Shown: positions 44,903-55,223 of the stretch, one piece after another | Position numbering within the stretch: the stretch's first letter is position 1 | Layout of the letters: each line of letters begins with the position of its first letter | Virus record (IMG/VR): IMGVR_UViG_3300037400_001962 | Coordinates: 58,702 to 122,701 of that record | DNA: 64,000 nucleotides | Reading direction: 5' to 3' (one strand) | Source of the DNA: a virus | Taxonomy: Duplodnaviria; Caudoviricetes | The notes under the pieces: generated by a model | Databases searched by the model: none | What the model was told of the DNA's origin: nothing | What the model saw: the letters and a program-made list of their open reading frames with translations, nothing else | Translations under genes and position numbers: made by a program

Positions 44903-47133
44903 TATATTTTCACTCTTTTCTTTAATAATTTAATAAATACTTCTTCACCTTTATCAGTTGGTGAATCTTTTAAATCTAACAAATTTTCTTTATCATATAT
45001 AAAACTAAAGTTCGCATATACTTGATATTTCTTACACAATTCATAAAGATGATTAAAGTATTTATCTTCATGTGGTAATTCTTCTTTATCAAAGCATATC
45101 ACAATTTCTTGCGGATGACAAGTTCGCACCAATATATCAAGCGCATATTTATTTAATTTTGACCCGCACACAGCGGCCGCGTAGTTAGGAATTGAAAATG
45201 ACTCCATTTGAAGTACACTTTTTTCCAGTTATTCCATTGTTTCCAATGGCCTTGACTATATCTTCTAACAATGTTAGTCTACCATTTCAAATGACGTATC
45301 AATAGTCATCTTACTCCGCGACAAAGCGGATAGTCGATACAAGTTATTTACGTAATGGATAAGTATATATATCATTTTTACGAGAAGTTCCTTTGTTAAT
45401 ATTATAAACTGTTGTTTGGCTAATATTATATTTAATTGCTAACTGGCTAAAAGAGATGCCAGTATTTATAATATCATTACATAATTCACTCAGTTCTTCT
45501 GCTGTTAATGTATGTTTTTTATGTGGTGTGATTCTTGTTCTAATAGGATAAATAATATTTTCTTGCTTCTGGTTTGACCCTTCATTAATTCGTTGAATTG
45601 CTGCGCCAGAAACACTATATTTTTCCCCTATTTCTGCACAAGTCATTTGAGTAGTTTGTAATAGTTTGATGATTTCTTGAAGTTGTTCAGAATTAATTTT
45701 ACGTCCTCGCGTCATTTCATTAATAGGATATGTCCTATTTTTATCTCTTCTACGTTTACCAGTATTGATTTCTGAAATATGAGATATAGATACTCCAGTT
45801 CTATCTTTTATTGTTTCATAATCAATTTGTTGTTCTAATAAACTTTTTACTTCTTCAACAACTTCGTCTTCAAACTTCGCGGTTGTAAAACTTAATTCAC
45901 CACCAGGAGTATAATTATATTTACTTGGGTCATTAAAAGTATCGTAATATTTAATCCAATATTTTTCTTGTTTTAACGAATCTTCATAAGTAAATACTTC
46001 TTCTATAATTTCACATTTGTAAGCGTCTACCCCATATTTGCGGATGCCTCGACTCAATGGATAATTATAATGTGGCCTATTAACTTCTGCTGGTTCATAT
46101 ATTTCATGTTCGCGCCGCCTGCGTTCTAAATTATTAGTACGCCCTACATAAACTACTTTATCTTCATCTATTTTAATATATTTATAAATTATATAGTGTT
46201 CCATATTACTTCCTCCATCTTCTATATATAAGTAGAATTGTAATACGGACTCTCTACAAAAATAAATCCATTTTGTAAATCTTCCCACGGTATTACCATA
46301 TCCTTTAAAGGACTTAGGCTCTCTTACCACTTTAATCTTACGATTTAGTTGACCGTTAGCCGCATAATGCGACCCCGCTGATGAGACGGAAAGATAGATA
46401 AGGCCGATTATTCAGCCTCAAATAAATATGCAATACCAGTTGCTTTTATATTTTCTTTTGTTTTATTAAGCCCATAAAGATTAAGACTTAATGGGTGACT
46501 ATACCATTTCCCTTCTATTTGAACTGGCATATATTTTCCCCACGTATCTATATCTTCCTGATTGAGCGCGCGCCCTCTAATTCCAATAAGTCTCCCATTC
46601 ACATCATAATGCGGAATAATAATTTTATTTTGAGATGGAGAATATCGAATATTAAACTTATCCATAGCTTCGCGGCTAATTCCGTCATTAAGCCATTCGA
46701 TTGGATAATACTTAGTAAAACATTCCATAATCTTATCAGAATAAGCCGGAAGTTCTTGTCTTTCTTTCTTTAATGTATAATCATTACGAATTGATTTATA
46801 TGAAGTAGTATTTTGATGCTCGTTAAAATATGAGCAACCGCGTATAACTTCATATATATCAGTAAACCAATCATAATCTATATCTCTTGCTTCATAAAAA
46901 TGTTTCAAGAAAGAAAATATAGACATCGCGCCATCTTCTGTGTAGCAATAAAAGATATGTGTATTCTTATAATAATAAAGTTTCATTGAAGCGTCATCAA
47001 TATTACTATGATGACACACAGTTGGCATAACTAAATAACTTTCTCTATCCTCATATGGAATTTCTAATCTATCCAACATACCTTTAACTTTATTATCATC
47101 TAATTCATCAATAATAGCTTGATAGTCTATCAT
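44902..47133 (-). CDS. dnaG: DNA primase; exons 47133-46414 and 45225-44902
   Basis: Zinc-binding CHH...CYT, IIIPH, GIRGR, LYGL. Splicing restores TOPRIM LFEAEKSV, followed by ICFD and DSPTD. Confidence 0.85.
45226..46413 (-). mobile_element. Group I intron in the primase gene
   Basis: P1 GAGGCU|GA-auaa-UCGGCCUU with U.G at the splice site, TCGACTA / AAGATATAGTC P7 pair, terminal G, in-frame join. Confidence 0.85.
45344..46204 (-). CDS. Intron-encoded GIY-YIG endonuclease with HTH repeats
   Basis: YIIYKY...VYVGRT..L.RR..EH, EKYWI, YNYTPGG; GGAGG before ATG 46204. Confidence 0.8.
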   Translation of the reverse strand: MEHYIIYKYIKIDEDKVVYVGRTNNLERRRREHEIYEPAEVNRPHYNYPLSRGIRKYGVDAYKCEIIEEVFTYEDSLKQEKYWIKYYDTFNDPSKYNYTPGGELSFTTAKFEDEVVEEVKSLLEQQIDYETIKDRTGVSISHISEINTGKRRRDKNRTYPINEMTRGRKINSEQLQEIIKLLQTTQMTCAEIGEKYSVSGAAIQRINEGSNQKQENIIYPIRTRITPHKKHTLTAEELSELCNDIINTGISFSQLAIKYNISQTTVYNINKGTSRKNDIYTYPLRK

Positions 47134-48671
47134 TTAATCTCATTCACTTTCTGTAAAATTTCATTATAATTAGAACCTTCCCAATCTATCTCATATATAA
47201 AATGTCTTTCAAAGTCTTTAATAATTTCTAATCTTGCATCAGTCATATATAAATCTTGCTTTTGAAGAGTACCTAAATCAATCGAACTCCAAATTCGAAC
47301 TTGTGTCCATGAACCGCTTCGTACTTTATATATATCTGTTACCAAATTTGGAATTGGTTGCCCCATACTTGCGAAGAAATCAATTTCTTCTTTAGTTGGC
47401 CGCGCGCATACCATACCAATATCTGCTTTATTTATAACTGCGCGTGAGCCAGCGATTGAACTTTCATTTCTAATAGTTGTATTTGAATCAGCTTGCGCGT
47501 TAACTTGTGTTGAAGTAAAAACACAAACATTTAATTCAACTGCTAACTCTTTTAGAGCAGTTGAGAACATAAGTAAGATTTCATCATTACGTAATGCTAC
47601 ACCTTTAAATTCCCCTAGTAAACTTGGACAAATAAAAATATAGTCAAAAAATACATACTCAATCTGATGAAGAATAACTTGTTCTCTTACTAAATTTTTT
47701 ACTAAATCAATTCTAGGCGCTGGCATTTGAACAATAAAAAAATTATCTTTATATTGTTCCATTACCCAAACTGCTTGACGAATAATTCTATTTTCTTTTT
47801 CTGTAAAGTTGCCATATCTAAACTTAGATTCATTAAAACCAGTAAGATATGCAAGAATCATTTTTTGAATCTCTGGAATTGTTTGCTCTGTTGCAATAAA
47901 CATTACAGGGCGGCCAGATCCATTTTTGACCCATTTGTCTTGTGTAGAATCATAACTAAAAGGATATGCAATAAGACATGCATCACCTACAGCTTGACGA
48001 GTCTTACCAGTACCACTGGCCGCGCTTCTAATAACCAAAGTACCCAGCCGCGCGCCAGAGATAACTTCACTTAAAATCTCTCCCTGTACTGGCACGCCAA
48101 TATCACTTTTATTATTTGCATCTTCAATAATACTCCAAATATCAGACGCGGCGCTTTCAGTTTGAGTTACTTCATTCTGAGTAAACTCATTTTCAAAACC
48201 AAGAACTTTTTGTTTTATCTTTGTAAGAATGTCATCAATCTCAAGCTTTTCAAAGTTTTTATTTATATCCAATGCTTTTGGATTTGTTAAATCCTCAATA
48301 TAAAACTCGCTAATATCAAAACCATCATCTTTAAGTTTTGTAAGCAAATTAATCTTTTTTAATCTCTTATAATAAAAATCAAAGTTCTGAGTCTCAGATA
48401 AATATTCTGCATCTTGAAGGTATTCAATACCATTGTTCTGTTTAAATATTACGGCGGCCGCTCCATTAGTTTGAAGATAGTTTTCAATATCAACTGGTTG
48501 AATTTTATTAGCGCCGCCACGATATAAGTTTTCAATCGCCGCAAAAATATATTTATCAAACTTATAATAGAAATCGTCAAGACTTAACTTATATCTATCT
48601 GTTTCACTTAAAAACTGCGGATGCTTCATTAAGGAGCCAAAGATTTGGATAATACTTGTTTTATCAACCAA
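47130..48671 (-). CDS. dnaB: DnaB-like replicative helicase
   Basis: Walker A SGTGKT, FIATEQ, VFFDYI, STQVN and KVRSG motifs; adjacent to primase. Confidence 0.85.
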   Translation of the reverse strand: MVDKTSIIQIFGSLMKHPQFLSETDRYKLSLDDFYYKFDKYIFAAIENLYRGGANKIQPVDIENYLQTNGAAAVIFKQNNGIEYLQDAEYLSETQNFDFYYKRLKKINLLTKLKDDGFDISEFYIEDLTNPKALDINKNFEKLEIDDILTKIKQKVLGFENEFTQNEVTQTESAASDIWSIIEDANNKSDIGVPVQGEILSEVISGARLGTLVIRSAASGTGKTRQAVGDACLIAYPFSYDSTQDKWVKNGSGRPVMFIATEQTIPEIQKMILAYLTGFNESKFRYGNFTEKENRIIRQAVWVMEQYKDNFFIVQMPAPRIDLVKNLVREQVILHQIEYVFFDYIFICPSLLGEFKGVALRNDEILLMFSTALKELAVELNVCVFTSTQVNAQADSNTTIRNESSIAGSRAVINKADIGMVCARPTKEEIDFFASMGQPIPNLVTDIYKVRSGSWTQVRIWSSIDLGTLQKQDLYMTDARLEIIKDFERHFIYEIDWEGSNYNEILQKVNEIK

Positions 48672-49181
48672 TTATTCTTCGCCTCCTATGTCATCTAAAT
48701 TATATTTTTCTCTTGATTTTTCTTTACGAGTTAATCTTATAATCGAACGCGTTTTTGCTTGCTGCTCTAACTCTTTCACGAATCCTCGTTTCTTTCTTTC
48801 CTGTTCAATCCAGTAAGCTTTTGCATCAGAAAAAACATATGGGACTATGCCAAGCCCACCATGCCCTTTCTCCCATGAGTTATGCTTTATTTCATAGAAA
48901 TATTTAAGTGTAAAATAAATACCTTTTGGATTGATTTTATTTTCTTTCCAAAACTTCTTTATTTGTGCTTCACATAAAAAGTAATCATAAGAAACTTTCA
49001 TATCTCGCGCGAGAAAGTCATAAATCATTTTAATCCAATCATCATCTGATGTAGGTTGCGCGCGCCAAGTCTCATAACAGCTCTTATGATAATAATAATT
49101 CCGTGATGGCATTATCCAATCAACATTTTCTTTTTCTTTTGTTTTGTCAATTTGGACATGACATAATCTACATTCCGGCAT
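48672..49181 (-). CDS. Hypothetical protein with an N-terminal CxxC..HxxC motif (possible helicase loader/partner)
   Basis: Start moved to MPECRLCH because the longer track start lies inside the promoter. Confidence 0.55.
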   Translation of the reverse strand: MPECRLCHVQIDKTKEKENVDWIMPSRNYYYHKSCYETWRAQPTSDDDWIKMIYDFLARDMKVSYDYFLCEAQIKKFWKENKINPKGIYFTLKYFYEIKHNSWEKGHGGLGIVPYVFSDAKAYWIEQERKKRGFVKELEQQAKTRSIIRLTRKEKSREKYNLDDIGGEE

Positions 49182-49212
49182 CCCATCACCTTCCAATCTT
49201 ATTTCTATATAT

Positions 49213-49241
49213 ATTATATCACAGAATCCGGAATTTGTCAA
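49213..49241 (-). promoter_or_regulatory. Consensus sigma-A promoter
   Basis: TTGACA-17 nt-TATAAT with TG. Confidence 0.8.
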
Positions 49242-49245
49242 ATTT

Positions 49246-49272
49246 AAAAGACACAGGTCAAGCCTGTGTCTT
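49246..49272 (-). terminator. Intrinsic terminator overlapping the ATPase stop
   Basis: AAGACACAGG-cttga-CCTGTGTCTT followed by TT on the - strand. Confidence 0.65.
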
Positions 49273-50241
49273 CATCATATCTTCCATATCAACTACTACC
49301 AATTGAAGTAAATCTACTTGATCCTCTGTAAATTCACTCAATTTCATTCGACGACCCATCGTCATTTCGATTTTCTTTAAAATTTCATTAGCTATTTCTG
49401 GCTTTGCATTATCGCCTTCCCCGACTAGTTGTTTCCAAAGGCTTTGGGCTTTTTCTCTGACTTCCTTAAAATCAAGTCTTGTTTCGCTTTTTGTCTTAAT
49501 AGTATTTACTACTGTTGCGCCATCTTTCTGCTCTGCCATTTCAATAGCATCAGCAATAGCATTTACTAGTTCATCATAACCAAATGGGATCTTATCAGGC
49601 ATATACTTGAATCGACTACCAGCAAATAGAGTAGGAGTTTCTCTTGTATAGAGCCACCGCTTTCTCTCACCATTTACCCACTCATTTCCAATATAGCCAA
49701 TAATATCAACAATGCCATTACAAATCTCGCTCGCGCGCTTTGGTAGATCAGGAGAAATGATTTCTACATCGCTACCATCCGCAGTTTTTTCTACACGAGA
49801 GGCACTGTGTGCAATCAATACAACACCATATCCAAGACGGGTAATTTCTCTCAAAGAATTTTCAAATTCTTTCTTACATGCTGTATATCCAGCGCCCCAA
49901 GGAATATCACTAATCTTCTGTACGCCGTTTTGCTGGCATACAAATTTTTCACACATATCCCAACAAATAGATACAGTATCAATAATAACTGTTTTAAAAC
50001 GATCTTTAGATCTTTGGTCTGCAAGATCTCGAAGAGCCATTTTGTAATCAGACCATTTATTTATATCAAAAGGATAGGCTTCGCCAATTGCATTATATCC
50101 TTTTTCAAAAGCAAGTAGAACTGCATCAGGAAATGAGCAAGCCGCGGTAGTTTTACCGCTTTTTGGCTTGCCGTACAAAAGCACATATTTCCCTTTGAGA
50201 TCTCTTGAAATTACATTCTTTTCAACTTCCCAAAGATGCAT
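49258..50241 (-). CDS. AAA_24 / Sak4-like ATPase
   Basis: GKPKSGKTT, VIIDT, LIAH, DIIGY and AGSR motifs; adjacent to the SSB-like gene. Confidence 0.75.
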   Translation of the reverse strand: MHLWEVEKNVISRDLKGKYVLLYGKPKSGKTTAACSFPDAVLLAFEKGYNAIGEAYPFDINKWSDYKMALRDLADQRSKDRFKTVIIDTVSICWDMCEKFVCQQNGVQKISDIPWGAGYTACKKEFENSLREITRLGYGVVLIAHSASRVEKTADGSDVEIISPDLPKRASEICNGIVDIIGYIGNEWVNGERKRWLYTRETPTLFAGSRFKYMPDKIPFGYDELVNAIADAIEMAEQKDGATVVNTIKTKSETRLDFKEVREKAQSLWKQLVGEGDNAKPEIANEILKKIEMTMGRRMKLSEFTEDQVDLLQLVVVDMEDMMKTQA

Positions 50242-50252
50242 ATGGCACCTCC

Positions 50253-51170
50253 TTAGAAGCCAAGATCAAAGTCCTGATTTGAACTTGTAGGTGCAGGAGT
50301 AGAATGGGGCTTTGTATTAGTCTTATCCTTCAAAGTTTCCAGATAAGCCTTATGCTCCTTAAGAGCGGTAGACAGATCTGCAGGTGCGAAAGCCATATCA
50401 TCTTCCAACGGAGACTGAGTACCACTAGTAACAATCAGCTCGCTGACACTTACGGTCTGGTGGCGAACTTCAGGCTCACCAAAATCCATTTCCTCAATAA
50501 TTTCCTTAGTAGTGCTGGTGAAGTTAAGACGACCCTTTGCGCTATAAGTCTTACCATTTTCCCAATAAGAGCTAATTGCATCAATCACACGAGGATTGGT
50601 TGCATAAAACTCCATTGTATCAACCTTACCACCATACTGCGGAACAATTGTTTTAATACGAAGTTTCTTAGGCTCTACTTCAACGCCATCATCGTCAGTT
50701 ACAAAATCCATTGAAGAAACAGCGAACTCAAGATTCCAAGATGCTTCAGGTCTAAACTCGCCAGTTGCCTTAGAAATAAAAGATGCATTAATACGCGGGA
50801 AAGATACCAACTGCTTCTGAGGATTATAATATTCATTCATACGAATGTTGCCGCTAGTAATACGGATCTTATCCGCACCAGCTTCACCTGCACCAGAAGC
50901 AATAGAAGTGAACTCAGTCATAACCTTCTCAATAGATTCGTATGCGGGATTGGGCTTACCAGCATTAGTCAGCTTAGTTGCGAACATATACACAGGAATC
51001 TCCAAAGAGACTTCCTCATTATTAATAACCTGATTTACGAGAACTTTAATATTACCGCCGATATTATCAACGGTCGCGCCAGTACTTTTATTAACAAAAG
51101 AACCATACTTTAGATTAATTTCTGAAAGGATGCCTTCAATTCTCACAACATTTTTAGCTTGTCTCAACAT
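50253..51170 (-). CDS. Putative single-stranded DNA-binding protein
   Basis: OB-fold-like N-terminus (NVVRIEGIL), acidic-aromatic tail QDFDLGF, high-expression codon bias. Confidence 0.6.
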   Translation of the reverse strand: MLRQAKNVVRIEGILSEINLKYGSFVNKSTGATVDNIGGNIKVLVNQVINNEEVSLEIPVYMFATKLTNAGKPNPAYESIEKVMTEFTSIASGAGEAGADKIRITSGNIRMNEYYNPQKQLVSFPRINASFISKATGEFRPEASWNLEFAVSSMDFVTDDDGVEVEPKKLRIKTIVPQYGGKVDTMEFYATNPRVIDAISSYWENGKTYSAKGRLNFTSTTKEIIEEMDFGEPEVRHQTVSVSELIVTSGTQSPLEDDMAFAPADLSTALKEHKAYLETLKDKTNTKPHSTPAPTSSNQDFDLGF

Positions 51171-51230
51171 AATTTTATTTACCTCAATTTTATTTTTATA
51201 GTTTTATTTTATAGTTCTTTTAGGCAAAAT

Positions 51231-51249
51231 GGGAGTCAATATGACTCCC
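51231..51249 (-). terminator. Hairpin / terminator
   Basis: GGGAGTCA-ata-TGACTCCC with T-rich flanks. Confidence 0.5.
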
Positions 51250-51260
51250 TTATATTTTTA

Positions 51261-51512
51261 TTACTCGTCCTCGCCCTGAACGAAATTAATACCAGCATCA
51301 GTCAGCTGTACATAGGTCAGAGGCTTCTCCTCACCCTCAACAGCGACCTTCTCACGATAAGCCAGCTCATTCTTCACGAGGGAGTTCACACGGCCAGTAA
51401 TAGAGGCGATCTTCTCGCAATTTAGAGCGGTCTTCATCTCTTCTGTCGTTGCACGACCACCATGGGCCTGCAGATACTCAAGTGCTTCAAAAGTCTTCTC
51501 AGTTAAACGCAT
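51261..51512 (-). CDS. Small winged-helix-like DNA-binding protein
   Basis: RBS AGGAG before MRLTEK; HTH and LTDAG wing pattern; has its own promoter. Confidence 0.55.
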   Translation of the reverse strand: MRLTEKTFEALEYLQAHGGRATTEEMKTALNCEKIASITGRVNSLVKNELAYREKVAVEGEEKPLTYVQLTDAGINFVQGEDE

Positions 51513-51574
51513 AATTTTCATTCTCCTATAATTTAAAATATTTATTTAATTAAGTCTTCCTTAATTATGTATTT

Positions 51575-51603
51575 ATTATATCAAAAATTTACTCATTTTG
51601 CAA
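51575..51603 (-). promoter_or_regulatory. Sigma-A-type promoter
   Basis: TTGCAA-17 nt-TATAAT with TG. Confidence 0.65.
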
Positions 51604-52338
51604 ATTTTGATTAACAATGATTTTTAATATTTCTTCTTCTAGAGAATCTATTTTTGTATATGGAATCTCATATAAAGGAATATTATTTTCTTTACACATA
51701 TCTCTTTTCTACTAATCTCGATATTGTGTCCGTTCAAAGTTTTCTTGATTATTCCAAGTCGTTTTATGATTATAATACTTATAATGCTATTCACCTTGAA
51801 ATTCAATTAAACAATTTAATATGCCATTTTTAAATATACCAAAATCAAAATATGGACAATTACCATTTAAGAAACGCCAACCTTCAGGAGTAAATTGAGT
51901 AACATAAATAATACCATATTTATCTAATAAATTTTGTATATTGGCTTCACCAGATGATACAAGACAACCGCATGATTTAACCCGGCCTTGTAATAAATTA
52001 GTAGCAGAAACATAATGAATATTATGTTTTTCACATTGGCATTCACATTTCCAAATTACACCATTTTTATTAGAATCTATTGGTTCTATCGCTAAGAGTC
52101 TTCCAAATAACTATCCAGTTAAATTTTTCGCATTATTCTTCCCTACTTGACACCCTCTTACGGTAGCCTAACATCCACATGATGTTTGTGCTCCGCGGCG
52201 TAATTCATCACCAGTAATTACTTTAGTATTGCCGCAGTCACACTAACATAACCAAGTAGCTTTACCATTTTTACTTCCAGCACGCTAAAGAACTGTTAAA
52301 TGTCCATAAATATGACCAGTTTCATCTTTAACTCCCAT
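51589..52338 (-). CDS. Second zinc-ribbon plus Vsr-like putative homing endonuclease (TAG read as Gln; absent from the ORF track)
   Basis: WLCQCDCGN...TSCGC, WKCECQC...KSCGC, YFDFGIF..LIEFQGEQHY; paralogue of 27056-27904. Confidence 0.75.
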
Positions 52339-52440
52339 ATACATTTCCTCCGTTTAAGAAATATTAAAGATTAGCTTAATGAAACGGCATTATTATCTCA
52401 AGAGTTTGCAAATCTCTCGCTCCCTAACCTTTCTGTATAT

Positions 52441-52469
52441 ATTATACTACGAATTTCTTAAAATATCAA
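52441..52469 (-). promoter_or_regulatory. Sigma-A-type promoter
   Basis: TTGATA-17 nt-TATAAT. Confidence 0.65.
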
Positions 52470-52473
52470 ATTT

Positions 52474-54813
52474 TTACAGTGAAGAAATTCCGATAACATA
52501 ATTATTAGTTAATTTAATAAGTTTTGTCCCTTGCGCGCCGCGGGAAAGGTTTGGAATATCACTATATTTAATTCTAATTTGAGTTGTATTAGAGTTAATA
52601 AGTATATCAGACTGCGACACTACAGGGATAAAATCACACATGCTTTCTGCTTTCTGAATCTTTACACCTTTAGTATTTGTACCAGTTACATTAAATTCAC
52701 TGATAGAAGTATTTTTGCCATAACCATCAATCGAAATACTAAAGAGTTGAGTTGTGTTTACTGGAATTGCACGGGCCGCCACAACTGTATCACCGGCCGC
52801 GAGCTTCATACCAATAATACCACGAGTTACTCGACCAATAGCTTTAATAGACGAGGTTGCCACCATAATAAACTGGCCGCTTTTTGACATAATGCCGATC
52901 TTTTCATCTTCGAGTATAAGAATTGAAACAATTTCATCATTACTATCAAGCTTTATTGCAAGCGCGCCGACATTGCGTTTCATATTATACTCACTAAGTT
53001 TGCTCTTTTTGATAAGCCCATTCTTAGTTACAAATACAATATTTTTCGCGGCATTATTAGGATTAACTCCTACTGCTGCTGTAAGAGCTTCATTATCTCC
53101 TACAGAAAAATAATTTGATAGATATTGTTTTTCTCCAATTATAAACTCTCCCATCTTCATATGGTAGTAATTGCCTTTATTAGTAAAGAACAAAATCGTT
53201 TCTGTGTTCTCACCAATTATATTATCTACCAAAATCTCATCTTTTTCAAGTTTTAGTTTTGTCCCAATTCCATTACGGCGCTGAGAATAAAGTGAAGAAG
53301 TCTCTGTTACGAATACTGCACCTTTATTGGTGAAAGAAAGAGAAAGCTGTTTCTTTTCAGTCGGTTCATCAGACTCATTTTCGATATTGAGAATCTGAGT
53401 ACGGCGCGCGTCTCCAAATTTCTGTGCGATTTCACGCCAACCATTTATAAGTTCCTGATTGAAAAGTTCTTCACTTTCAAGAATTGCATGGATGCGTGCG
53501 GCTTCAATTTGAAGTTTTTCTTTTTCATTTTCAAGTTTCTTTACTTCAAGACTTGCCAGACGAGAAAGTTTCATATCCAGAACTGCTTTCGCCTGTTCAC
53601 CATCCAAAAGAAAACGCTTCTGTAGTTCTGATGAAGCAGCCGCAGTAGATGTAGAAGTCTTAATTACTTTTACTACTTCATCAATATTTGCAATACAAAT
53701 TAGAAGTCCATCCAAAATATGAATACGCTTTTCTATTTTTGCAAGATCAAATTCAAAACCACGGCGATAAACTATTTTCTCGTGGTCAATATGTGCTTGA
53801 AGTGCAGCCTTCCAACCAAATACTTTTGGATAGCGACCATCATCAAGCATTGTCATATTAATACCGAAGTGGCTTTGGAGTGAAGTATTTTTGTAAAGAT
53901 ATTTAAGAACTCGGTCTGGATTTGCTTTTTTTGTGAGATAGATTTTAATAAGAGGGTCAACACCAGTGAGGTCATTAAAACGCTCAATACCAGGATTGTT
54001 TAAATCATCATTTAGAATTGCTTCGAGTTCTTCACAGATTGTGTTGGTGTACACAGAATAAGGGATTTGAGATACAATAAAACTTCTCTCTGAGGAGTCC
54101 CACTCCACAACAGATCTAAGCTTGCACGCTGACCCCTGACCGGTTTTGAGGGCTTCTTTAACTTCTTTCTCATTAAGAAGTATCGCGCCCGTAGCAAAAT
54201 CAGGCGCACAGTAAATATCATCGAATGTAGCGTCTGGATTAAGTAGTAATACTTCTAATGCATGATTTACCTCTTTAATATTAAATTGTGGAATAGAGCT
54301 GGCCGCACCAATACCAATACCCATAGTACCATTTACTATATTATAAAATCCTTTTGTAGGAAGTACAGATGGGTATTGCTCTGTGTCATCATAGTTATCT
54401 CGCCATTCTTTAATAGTATTCTTATCAATATCATTAAAGAGACGAACAGAGAACTCGCTAAGACGTGAAGCTGTATAACGGGGCGCCGCCCAGTTACCGC
54501 TTGACATTAAGTTACCTTCGTTACCTTCGACCTCAATAAGAGGATAACGCATAGCAAAAGGTTGGCCTGCGCGCATAATAACGCCTTCGCAAGAAGCGTC
54601 GCCATGAATATACATGCGCGCGGCGCTACCAATAGCTTTCAAAGTCTTTTTAAAAGGCTTTGAAGGCAAAAATTTATCTGTGTAAAGACAATAAAAAATC
54701 TGACGAGCAGATGGCTTTAAACAATCCCTTACATCAACGAGAGCACGTGATTGGAGAACTGCGCCACTGTATTGAGTAAAAGATTCTTCGATTACTTGCT
54801 TTAAATTACTCAT
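52474..54813 (-). CDS. gyrA: Type IIA topoisomerase subunit A (GyrA/ParC family)
   Basis: DCLKPSAR, YIHGD, AAPRYT and PDFATG motifs, plus beta-pinwheel C-terminal repeats. Confidence 0.9.
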   Translation of the reverse strand: MSNLKQVIEESFTQYSGAVLQSRALVDVRDCLKPSARQIFYCLYTDKFLPSKPFKKTLKAIGSAARMYIHGDASCEGVIMRAGQPFAMRYPLIEVEGNEGNLMSSGNWAAPRYTASRLSEFSVRLFNDIDKNTIKEWRDNYDDTEQYPSVLPTKGFYNIVNGTMGIGIGAASSIPQFNIKEVNHALEVLLLNPDATFDDIYCAPDFATGAILLNEKEVKEALKTGQGSACKLRSVVEWDSSERSFIVSQIPYSVYTNTICEELEAILNDDLNNPGIERFNDLTGVDPLIKIYLTKKANPDRVLKYLYKNTSLQSHFGINMTMLDDGRYPKVFGWKAALQAHIDHEKIVYRRGFEFDLAKIEKRIHILDGLLICIANIDEVVKVIKTSTSTAAASSELQKRFLLDGEQAKAVLDMKLSRLASLEVKKLENEKEKLQIEAARIHAILESEELFNQELINGWREIAQKFGDARRTQILNIENESDEPTEKKQLSLSFTNKGAVFVTETSSLYSQRRNGIGTKLKLEKDEILVDNIIGENTETILFFTNKGNYYHMKMGEFIIGEKQYLSNYFSVGDNEALTAAVGVNPNNAAKNIVFVTKNGLIKKSKLSEYNMKRNVGALAIKLDSNDEIVSILILEDEKIGIMSKSGQFIMVATSSIKAIGRVTRGIIGMKLAAGDTVVAARAIPVNTTQLFSISIDGYGKNTSISEFNVTGTNTKGVKIQKAESMCDFIPVVSQSDILINSNTTQIRIKYSDIPNLSRGAQGTKLIKLTNNYVIGISSL

Positions 54814-55001
54814 TTATCCTCCTTAAAGTATATATCAAAAGGAGTATTAAGTCCTGTTTCCTTATTCATCTTCATTAATTCATTAAAACAATCATCTAAA
54901 TTATCAAATTCAAAAATTTTTTTTGAAAATGGATGCTCAAAAAAATAAATTGGTGTTGCAATATTAAAAGCAATTTTCAAAATTTTTTCATCAATTGTCA
55001 T
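54810..55001 (-). CDS. Hypothetical protein
   Basis: 63 aa ORF coupled to gyrA, downstream of a promoter. Confidence 0.5.
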   Translation of the reverse strand: MTIDEKILKIAFNIATPIYFFEHPFSKKIFEFDNLDDCFNELMKMNKETGLNTPFDIYFKEDK

Positions 55002-55028
55002 AATATCAACCTTTCATTTTATATAAAT

Positions 55029-55057
55029 ATTGTACCATAAAATTAAAGAGAAGTCAA
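55029..55057 (-). promoter_or_regulatory. Sigma-A-type promoter whose -35 box lies in a hairpin
   Basis: TTGACT-17 nt-TACAAT; inverted repeat AGAGAAGTC..GACTTCTCT. Confidence 0.65.
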
Positions 55058-55058
55058 A

Positions 55059-55223
55059 TTAAGACTTCTCTCCATAAGGACAATTATAATGAAAAGGCTC
55101 CCAAGGTTCAATTTTTATATTTTCACATTCTGGTGTGATTTCTATACTAATTGCAATTTTCTTTTCTACTACCGCTTTAATAGATTCATTAAAAATTTCA
55201 CTTAAATATTTACTTATTTCCAT
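55059..55223 (-). CDS. Small hypothetical protein (~54 aa)
   Basis: TAATG coupling to the gyrB stop; MEISKYLSE... Confidence 0.4.
   Translation of the reverse strand: MEISKYLSEIFNESIKAVVEKKIAISIEITPECENIKIEPWEPFHYNCPYGEKS

Noticed and set aside
49182-49241. Extended starts given in the track (49241; likewise 46330, 36727, 59110, 58264)
   Set aside because: They overlap promoters, intron core or neighbouring genes; downstream ATGs have better RBSs.
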